The position numbers and the translations under genes are program-made. Shown here one piece after another: positions 63,423 to 64,000 of a stretch of DNA of 64,000 nucleotides. Under the pieces are notes generated by a model. The model did not search any database, was not told the DNA's origin, and saw only the letters and a program-made list of their open reading frames with translations. Where the stretch lies: positions 23,498,001 to 23,562,000 of the forward strand of contig CM022671.1 in assembly GCA_012295275.1 (NCBI GenBank). The letters are read 5' to 3'. Position 1 is the first letter of the stretch; each line of letters begins with the position of its first letter. Source of the DNA: Chrysomallon squamiferum (lineage: Eukaryota > Animalia > Mollusca).

Positions 63423-64000
63423 GTAAATCATTAATTATTTTTGCTGGAGTTTGGTTTATGTAGATTGTGTTGATTAACAGTTTATCTTTTCCCAAGTTTT
63501 AATTTTTACTTCGCATTAGTTCACAAATGACATGCATTAGGTGAGATACTTAAAATATGAATGTATAGAAAAAACTGATACATTCTATTAATGAAATTAA
63601 TTAACATTAACCGTAGCATTAGAAACATAAATGGCATAGTTATTTGCATCAAATACTAACATACCAAAAATTGTTAAAGGCAATGCATAATGCTAATTAG
63701 CTTTGTTCATATATCAGTGATTTAATCTGGTTCCACAGCTAGTAAAATTTGGCATTAATATAGGCAATAGCTATGTCAGTGTACAGATGGGATAGTGACA
63801 TGTATTTCAGATCATCAGACTAATTGTTGTACACATGACAGAAAAGTAATGATTATATTTTGGAAGGGGACAGCTGAAAATGTATTTATTTTTTTTAATT
63901 TGCTTAATTTCAGTGATGCTTGGACAGTATTCTACTTAGTAGAAACCAAAATAATGGAAGATAAACAACATAATAACTTTTGTACCTACTTCAGAACTTG

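Overview
AT-rich, microsatellite-dense eukaryotic (animal) genomic DNA, probably a lophotrochozoan such as a mollusc (inference from gene structure and repeats); there are no prokaryotic features. Positions 1-16 kb contain no recognisable gene but do contain several CpG-rich, motif-dense islands that look like cis-regulatory modules. From 16 kb onward I manually spliced six GT-AG intron-containing genes, with consistent exon phases. These are a secreted matrix metalloproteinase (-, 11 exons, 498 aa), TMEM45 (-, 4 coding exons, 300 aa), PIGL (-, 7 exons, ~257 aa), CFAP251/WDR66 (+, 24 exons, 1241 aa), NOC4L (-, 14 exons, 516 aa) and the 5' part of a domino/EP400/SRCAP-family remodeler (+, runs off the window, one apparent 1-nt frameshift). 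Two head-to-head promoters are present: PIGL/CFAP251 with an RFX X-box, and NOC4L/EP400 with NF-Y, NRF1 and YY1 motifs. Other notable points are a selectively constrained WGL repeat in the acidic CFAP251 N-terminus, an AP-1-containing module duplicated between the MMP 5' region and intron 8, a bHLH-PAS/HRE site cluster near 10 kb, a sharp CpG boundary suggesting gene-body methylation, and NOC4L-EP400 linkage shared with human 12q24. I found no evidence of a wholly new multi-gene system; the findings are candidate regulatory, evolutionary or assembly observations.
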